A program made the translations under genes and the position numbers. A stretch of DNA of 63,712 nucleotides, the filler included, from Octopus bimaculoides (Eukaryota): the NCBI RefSeq assembly GCF_001194135.2. It is 6 parts of 5 records of this genome, joined end to end, with 100 filler letters (N's around TTAATTAATTAA, not from the genome) between each part and the next. Parts side by side here need not be neighbours in the genome. Positions count along the whole stretch, not along the records: positions 51,361 to 61,469 come from NC_069008.1; positions 61,570 to 63,712 come from NC_069003.1; 4 more parts are not named here. One strand, 5' to 3'. Position 1 is the first letter of the stretch. Every line of letters starts with the position of its first letter. Shown one piece after another: positions 53,344 to 63,712 of this stretch. Below the pieces are notes generated by a model. The model ran no database searches and was not told the origin of the DNA. It saw only the letters and a list, made by a program, of their open reading frames with translations.

Positions 53344-54021
53344 TTATTATTATTATAATTTTTTTATATACTATCAGGGTCGATTTTGCCCTTAATCCTT
53401 TCAGGGTTGATAAAATAAGTACCAGTTAAGTACTGGGGTCGATGTAATTGATCTATCCCCTCCCCCATAATTTCAGGCCTTGTGCCTATAGTGGAAAGGA
53501 TTACTATTATGGTTTATATAATTATAATAAGTGCAGTAGTTGAATGCTTACACATACATGCATCATACGAAATAAGTAAAAGGTACAGTACGCAATCTAT
53601 GTGGAGTAACCCAGGAAATACTAACATGTATACAACCAAAAAGCTTAGCTATTATTCACAAGCTAATTGTTTTAAAAGCCTATGTCATCATGTGCCAATA
53701 TAGACATCTTCTTAGTCCTCCCACCTTTGTCACAGATGTGACAACTGGAGAGTAAGGGGGCTGTACCAGTACTCAACTGGTACTCATTTTCAGCTGAGTT
53801 GACTGGGACATCAAGAAATAGAATGCTTTGCTCAAGGAAATGACATGCTGCTTGGTCCAGGATCAAACTTAAACCCATAAGTATCACCTAGCCACTAGGC
53901 CATTGATAAAAGTGATGTTTACTGCATAAGCAGTCATCCATGTAAGTACTAAGCTTGACATAACCTCAGTGATCAATTGAGAACCAATCCTTTCAATGTG
54001 ATGTGACTGTTGCCATGTATA

Positions 54022-55650
54022 CAGTAGCAGCCATAATATAAGGATCAGTAAGGACAAGTGTATTGAAATAGTTATTATAGTTGATTAACAACATGTTGAG
54101 ACTAGATATTTTACACATATTTAGACATATCTAATATCTGTCTTTCATGAAAATTTTAAGTGAATGAAATGAATATTTCATAAGTTATGAGGAAATAAAC
54201 AAGAAATCTTCCAGGTTGCAACGGCCATAAGTTAAGGGTCACTTAGAAAAAAAAATGAACTACTAACCGAGGTATTTGTTGCTTAGAAGACTGTTAATGG
54301 GCTAACAGTTACTTCTTATGATCTTACATTAATGAAACATTCAACTGTCAACATGGCGGCTTGTGAGAGACAACCGGTGTCCTGTGATGAAAAATAAAGG
54401 ATTGTGTGCCTTCACGAAAAGGGCAAGTCAAATTCTATGATAGCAACTACGGTAGGAAGGTCTAGAAGTGTTGGGCAACGAATTGTAGTTCGTTTTAAAT
54501 CATCAGGATTGACAGATGCTGAACCCCAAACTGGTAGACCTCGTAAAACTTTACCAAGACAGGATCGTATTATGATTAGAATGTCACTGAAGAATAGGTT
54601 TAAGTGAGCTGCTGAGATATTCCATGAGTTTAGCTCCACCTCCGATGTCAACATATCATGCCGAACAGTTTCTTGGAAGTTATGAGGTTCTGGGTTGCTT
54701 GCTCGGGCACCTGCAAAGAAACCTTTGATTTCCAAGAAGAACTGAAGAGCTTATCTTCATTTCACTCACAAACATGTTGTTTGGACAGAAGAACAGTGGT
54801 TCATTTTAGTGATGAATCAAAGTTTAATGTAATTGGTTCTGATGACAGGATGTACATCCAACAAAGAAGTGACAAAAGGTTATCTTGTGCATGTGTGAAG
54901 AAGACTGTGAAATATGGAGGAGGTAGTGTAATGATATAGGGAGTGATCTCTGCTGCTGGTCCTGGGTCCAATTACTCACCTACAAAGGACTGTCAATGCT
55001 GAAATCTACAAGCTGTTTCTTGGACAACATGCCCTTCCACATCTCTGATCCTCATCAGTTCAAACTCCTATCTTCGTGCAGGATAACGCTCCCTATAACA
55101 CTGTGAAGAGAGTCGGAGATTTTTTTGAGTGATGAAGGGATTGATCTCATGGACTGGTCACCTCAGAGTCCTGATCTCAACCCTATAGAAAACGTTTGGA
55201 AGATTATTGGAGATGGGACACGAAGGAGAAATTCAAAGAACCAAGATGAACTCTGGGAATTATTGAAAAATGAATGGAACAATATTACCTTGTCATTTTG
55301 CAAGAAATTAATTCAGTCTTGTGGTGGTAACAGATACCAGGAGGCCATTGATAGTAAAGGGATATTCACAAAATATTAATAGTAAGGGTTTCTTTTTTGT
55401 TCTTGTTCTATTTTTGTTTATTATTCTAAGTGACCCTTAACTTTTGGCTGTTGCAGTTTGGAAGATTATTTTTTTATTTCCTCATAGCTTACAAAATATT
55501 CATTCTATTCACTTAAAATTTTCTCAAAAGATAAATATTAGATATATTTAAATATGTGTAGAATATCTAGTCTCAACATTTTGTTAATCTTCTATAATAA
55601 ATATTTCAATACACTTGTTCTTACTGACCCTTATATTATGGCTGCTACTG
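54022..55650 (+). mobile_element. Tc1-family DNA transposon, full length, inactive, ~227-bp IR/DR-type TIRs
   Basis: TA|CAGTAGCAGCC...GGCTGCTACTG|CA (right TSD decayed). TIRs 54022-54248 and 55424-55650 pair along their length, and each holds an outer and an inner direct repeat. Confidence 0.93.
54353..55379 (+). pseudogene. Tc1 DD34E transposase pseudogene
   Basis: Motifs GRPRK, FSDESKF, KYGGGSVMI, QDNAP and WSPQSPDLNPIENVW. There are 34 residues between the second D and the E after repairing a T-run frameshift; several in-frame stops and frameshifts. Confidence 0.92.
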
Positions 55651-55816
55651 CATACAACATGCAAAAAAGTTACTCCTCATTGTCACTGCAATACACCAAA
55701 AAATTCAATACAGAAACATGACACTGCACATATTTGAGAACTACACTTGGTGGTGCAGCAAAAAGCATGCAGTAAAAAAACCCAACTCATAAATGATGAT
55801 GATAATAATAATAATA

Positions 55817-56118
55817 AAGCTCTAGAAATAGAGATAACTCAAATATGAAGCCTAAAAACAGTAACAATCCCCATAATAATAGGTGTATTAGGTATGATTA
55901 AAAAACATACTGACAAATACATAACCAAAGCACCATAGCTTACGAATGTATATATCATACAGAAAATAGCACTACTAGGCACAGTGCACATCCTATGTAA
56001 AGCACTTTCAATACAGTGAAAATAAGAGCACCACAACAAATCTCTGCACATGCTCAAGGTACTCAGAGCTGTGCTCGGTAGTGCAGTGAAAGTACGTGAT
56101 AAAAATAAGACTACTGAC
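55817..56118 (+). mobile_element. R4/Dong-like 3' end with 3'UTR (copy A)
   Basis: LEIEITQI*SLKTVTIPIIIGVLGMIKK...IQKIALLGTVHILCKALSIQ*; preceded by (AAT)5 and followed by (TAA)~20. Confidence 0.85.
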
Positions 56119-56180
<62 letters not shown>

Positions 56181-56183
<3 letters not shown>

Positions 56184-56960
56184 GCCACAGAACTATTGTT
56201 GATGCATGTGAAGAAGCCTGGCATCATCAAAACTAATAAATGTGTTATGAAAGAGAAATTTAAATAAGAAAGAAAGCATGTAAAAAGAAATGGCATGGAA
56301 AGATGGGCAGTTTGCAAGAGATATGAGTGCAAAGGCTGATACAGAGAGTCAGTGGTTATGGATGCTGGGAGATAGAAACAGAATCACTTATGTGTGCGAT
56401 TCAAGAAAAAGCATTGAGGACTACCTACATGAAGTGCAGAATTGGTTGAAACAAATGAGAGTGACAAATTCAGAATGTGTGGTGAGAGCAGTGAAACAGT
56501 GTGGCACATCGTAAATACTTGAAATTGGTACCACAGGAATACAAAAGGTGACATGATAATGTGGCAAGAATGATCCATCAAGAGCTTTGTGGAAGTTATG
56601 AAAAATGAAAGATGTGGTATGACCAAATCCCAGAAAGAGTAACTGAGAGCAAGGATTTCAAAATCCTGTGGGCTGCAATGATTCACTGTGACTAAACATT
56701 GGAAACCTAGCATTGTTGTAGTGAACAGACAAGAAGAAACATGTCTGATAATTCATATACCATATCCTGGTGACAACAGGATTGAAGAAAAAGAAGAAAT
56801 GTGAACAAATATAAAGAATTGGAGTGGAAAATATGCAGGTTGTGGGCAATGAGTGGACATGATACCAATAGTGATTGGTGTGTTTGGAAGTATCAGGACC
56901 CAACTACCAATGTGGCTCAAAAAGATTAGAACAAATATAGAGATTGAAGACATTTCTTTT
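56181..56960 (+). mobile_element. R4/Dong-like fragment (copy B), heavily decayed
   Basis: GQFARDM...WLW, ETESLMCAIQEKALRT, QEYKR*HDNVARMIH, FKILW motifs; starts directly after the (TAA)n tract. Confidence 0.75.
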
Positions 56961-56974
56961 TTTTTAATTGCCGT

Positions 56975-57855
56975 TGGAAAAAGACAAGAATGAAATTCAA
57001 AGAGACCATAGTAAACAGGTTGAAGAGAAACCTTTGCATAGTCAGTTTTGAAAGGCCACTGAGGATGTATGTGGAACAAAATCCTGGCTTTGGTTAGGAA
57101 AAGAGCAACAAAGAGTCTTACTAGAGTAGCTCAAGCGATAGAAACAACCAGCTTGAGAAAATGTGTGTATGGGGAGAAGGTGTCAGAAAAATGTAATCTG
57201 TGGAATTTAGAATGAGACAGTGATGCACATTGATGCAGAAAGTCCCAAGTTGTCCCAAGAAGAATATAAGAAATGGAGGAATGACCAAGTTGTGAAAGTC
57301 TTACATGGGAAACTTTGTCAGAAATGGGGATTTGAAGCTGGAGGTGCATGGTATGAACATCAGGTCAAAAGACTTCTGGAGTCAGAGAGTTGCAAAATTT
57401 TATGGGATCTTCTTATTCAAATTGTAAAGAAGCTAGAAAATAATAAACCAGATATAACGATGGTAAGGAAAAGTGAAGTTGCTTACTAATTGATCTATCA
57501 TGTCTGTTTGATGCCAGGGTTGTGAAGAAAGAAAATGAAAAATTTAAAATGTACAATCACTTCACATTTGAAATTGCAAAAAATTTGGAGTATGAAAAGT
57601 GTAAAGGTTGTACCTGTAATAATTGATGCATTGAAAACTATGGATAAAGATATAGACAAATGGTTGACTGAGAATGGAATAGAATGCCCTGTAGAGCTTC
57701 TGCAGAAAGTTTGCCTCTTAGGAACAGAAATGACTAACAAAAGGGTTTTAAGCCTTTGAAAGAACATCAGAAGCTTCTGAATACTTAAGGTTACAGGTAA
57801 TAACCTGCTAGCCACATACATTCTACTAGGAATAAGTATGAACCTGAGTCAAATC
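56975..57855 (+). mobile_element. R4/Dong-like 3' fragment (copy C), same subfamily as 52357-53343
   Basis: EKPLHSQF, WYEHQV..LLESESCKILWDLLIQ...NKPDI, KIWSMKSVKVVPVIIDAL, LLQKVCLLGT; the 3'UTR ggttacagg.aataacct matches the minus-strand copy; (AAC/AAT)n tail. Confidence 0.85.
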
Positions 57856-57886
57856 AATAACAACAACAACAACAATGATAATAATA

Positions 57887-60700
<2,814 letters not shown>

Positions 60701-61252
60701 CAGACAGAATTTACTAAGGTAGATTTTCTATGGGTGGACATCCTTCCTGTTGCTAATCCCAACCTATTACCAAATAAGGTAATATTTTCCCATGGCCAGG
60801 CTTGTTTTAACATAAGATTGAAAATGAGTCACACTGCTTGTATGGCACTAAAGCTCAATTGCGACCATCCCATGATGTGAAGACAAGAAGGCTCAAACAT
60901 ACACTCTTCTACAAGCACATAGGTATGCATAAATATAATAGGCTTCTTTGCAGTTTCTGTCAACCAAATCCACTCATAAGCCTTTGGTCAGTTTGGGACT
61001 ACAGTAAAAGACATTTACTTGAGATGCTATGCTGCAGGATTGAACCTAAAACCATGTGGTTAAGAAGCAAACTGTGGCCATGCTGGGGCACCGCCTTGAA
61101 GAATTTTGGTCGAATGAATTGACCCTAGTACTTTTTTTTCTAAGCCTGACACTTATTCCATCAATCTCTTTTGCTGAACCACCAAGTTATGGGAATGTAA
61201 ACACACCACCACCAGTTGTCAAGTGGTGGTGGAGGAACAAACACAAAGACAC

Positions 61253-61301
<49 letters not shown>

Positions 61302-62209
61302 TACACAATGGGCTTCTTTCAGTTCCTGTTTACCAAATCCACTCATAAGGATTCAGTCAGCCCAAAACTATAGCAGAAGATACTTGACCAAGATGGTACG
61401 CAGTGGGACTGGACTTGGAACCGTGTGGTTGGGAAGCAAGCTTCTTACCACACAACCACGCCTATATATNNNNNNNNNNNNNNNNNNNNNNNNNNNNNNN
61501 NNNNNNNNNNNNNTTAATTAATTAANNNNNNNNNNNNNNNNNNNNNNNNNNNNNNNNNNNNNNNNNNNNGTGGTGGTGGTGGTGGTGGTGGTGGTGGGTG
61601 GAAGAAACGAATCACCTGATGGTGATGATGGTTGTGTTGATGGCAGCGGTTGTAGTTTGTAGGTGGTTGTGGTTTGGGAGATAATGGATGTGACGACGGT
61701 GAATGGATGCGGTGGTCACAGTTGTAGTAGTGCAGCCGATGGTGATGAAGAGGATGAGGATGCTGGTGGCGGTGATTTTTTTTTTTATTTGTGTTAGTAG
61801 CTGTATAATTGCATTCGTGGGGTTGTGAATGTTGCTAATAATTAGCCCTTGGTAAGTATTGACCGTAGCCACCCTGTTTATTTCTTTTAAGAACCACATA
61901 GAATTACATTATCTATTGTGGTCTTCCTTTTCTTCACGGGAACAGAGTTTGATTTGAGGGAGACTCGGCTGTTATCTCCGTGTTTGCGTGCCTGTATGTG
62001 TATGTGTATGTGCATGTGCATGTATGTATGTGTGTGAGTGTATGTAAGTTTATGCGCCTATTAGTATACGTAGCGCGTGTTTGTGTGCATATGTGCGTGT
62101 GTGTGTGTATGTGCATATTCGTGTTTGCATGTATATGCCCGTGTGTGTGTGTGTGTGTGTGTGTTTGTACTTGTAAGCGCCTGGGTGTTTTTGTATGAAT
62201 TTGCCTATA

Positions 62210-62650
62210 TAGGCGCAGCCGTGGCTGTGGCTGTATGGTAAGGAGCTTGCTTCCCAGCCACATGGTACTGGGTTCAATCCCACTGCGTGGCAATGTGGGC
62301 AAGTGTCTTCTACTATAGCCTTGGGTCGACCAAAGACTTGTCTGTGGATTTGGTAGACGGAAACTGAAAGTAGCCCGTCGTGTATATATATATATATATT
62401 ATGTATGTGTATGTGTGTGTGTGTGTATGTGTGTTTGTCCCCCGTCCTATCACCGCTTGACCACCGGTGTCGGTGTGCTTACATCCTCGTAACATAGCGG
62501 TTCGGCAAAAGCGTTGATAGAATAAGTGCTAGATCTTTCAAAAAAGAAAGTCCTGGGGTCGATTTGTTCGACTAAAAGACTTTCCAAGGTTGTGCTCCAG
62601 CATGGCCGCAGTCAAATCACTGAAACAAGTAGAAAGAATAAAAGAATAAA
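62210..62650 (+). mobile_element. SINE family B (tRNA-derived, ~400 bp, internal microsatellite), representative copy
   Basis: Head ggcgcag..gtggctgt.tggtaag, ccttgggcaagtgtctt, ggtagacggaaactgaaag, tail ctccagcatggccgcagtc. Other copies at 11340-11915(-), 14655-14850(-), 19840-20290(+), 23405-23812(-), 25270-25650(+), 34780-35170(-), 44228-44402(+), 48755-48915(-), 61070-61465(-). Confidence 0.9.
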
Positions 62651-62844
62651 AGAATATGTGCACGTTGTACGTTTGTGTGTGTGTATGTGCATAGGAGTAT
62701 TATGTGTGTGTATGTTTATGTGGGTGTGCGCGCGTGTGTGTATGTATGTGTGTTTGTGTGTATGTGTTTGTGTGTGTGTGTGTATGCATGTGTGTGTCTC
62801 TGTGTGCTAATTACTTTTGTAATTGTAAAATTAGTTTTCAGCCG

Positions 62845-63230
62845 TTGTTTTAGCCCCAGGTCAGCTCTCATTGAGCAAACCTATGATCGAAGGCATTCCA
62901 GCCTTGACCATCACGTCATTTCTGCATCCCTACAACTACATTAGTCAACGCAACTTTATTTAAGACGGTGGTGTGCGATTCGATTCAAATTTGGCTGCTA
63001 TTTCTAGCGGGGAGATCGATCGACCGTTTCGGCCTTCCCGCTGTTGATGTTTACTTATCCAGCCGACTTAACCAATCAACTTATGATCACAGAAACTCCA
63101 TGCATGACCATCCCAACATTTCACGGGTATAATATACCCCAGTTTGTACTATCCGATGTCCTCTATTTTTCAAGACATTAAGGTATAGTTTGGAGGAAAT
63201 TTGGTTTCTATTTCTAGCTTTACAGGCTCC
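62845..63230 (+). mobile_element. Dispersed repeat family E (agccccaggtcagc...gatc.aaggcattccagcc.tgaccatc)
   Basis: Related copies at ~9235-9505(-) and ~45265-45335(+); class unknown. Confidence 0.6.
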
Positions 63231-63300
63231 TGCATATATTGGTGACATTAGCTGTTTGACGTGTATGTATGTCTGCATGAGTGGCTGTATATGTATGTGC

Positions 63301-63332
<32 letters not shown>

Positions 63333-63712
63333 CTTATTGTATATGTGTAAATGAAAGTGTGTGTATGACTATGTGTGTGTGTATGTGTGTGTGTGTGTGT
63401 GACTATGTATGATGCATATGTGCAGGTGTGTATGTATGTGAGTATGTGTGTTGCGTGTGTGTGTGCGCGCGTGTGTGTGTTTGTGTGTGTGTGTGTGTGC
63501 GTGTGCATATGCATGTGTGTTTATAAATATTTAAATGTACATATCTATGTGTGTGCGTGTTTGTAAATAGTTGTATGTATATATATGTATGTGTGTGTGT
63601 GTGTTTGTAAATATGTTTATGTTTCTATGTATGTGTGTGTTTATAAATATGTATATTTATATGTGTGTATATGTGTTTGTAATGGCTTTGGTGATGTTGT
63701 TTGCAGTGGTGG

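Overview
AT-rich, microsatellite-saturated animal genomic DNA with many N gaps. The SINE repertoire and simple-repeat load look like a coleoid cephalopod (Octopus-like); that assignment is an inference. It is not prokaryotic and has no CRISPR. The only supportable host gene is the 3' end of a + strand type-B carboxylesterase/cholinesterase/neuroligin-family gene: exons 191-326 and 4227-4629 splice in frame (GG|T = Gly) and encode the HGxE motif, a transmembrane helix and a 26-aa tail. The rest is non-coding and transposon-derived: several tRNA-derived SINE families, a decayed IR/DR-type Tc1 (DD34E, 54022-55650), mariner/hAT MITEs, RTE and CR1 scraps, a pile-up of R4/Dong-like retrotransposon 3' ends at (TAA)n tracts (52.3-58.9 kb), and Penelope-like pseudo-LTRs carrying hammerhead ribozyme motifs. 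The most interesting signal is a fully drawable type I hammerhead on the minus strand at 36253-36357. Its core overlaps a Penelope-like ORF stop codon, it has a ~30-bp extended helix I, and its two core-proximal helix defects are both A-C mismatches that A-to-I editing would repair (hypothesis: editing-gated ribozyme). Other leads are a CUGUUGA-core hammerhead variant, a chained DR5 nuclear-receptor half-site array, two adjacent long hairpins, a 184-bp SINE concatemer and a CpG-decayed 10-kb block. Five N44-TTAATTAATTAA-N44 linkers are assembly joins, so adjacency across them is not guaranteed. All coordinates were read by eye; repeat boundaries are approximate and family names are from motif recognition, not database searches.
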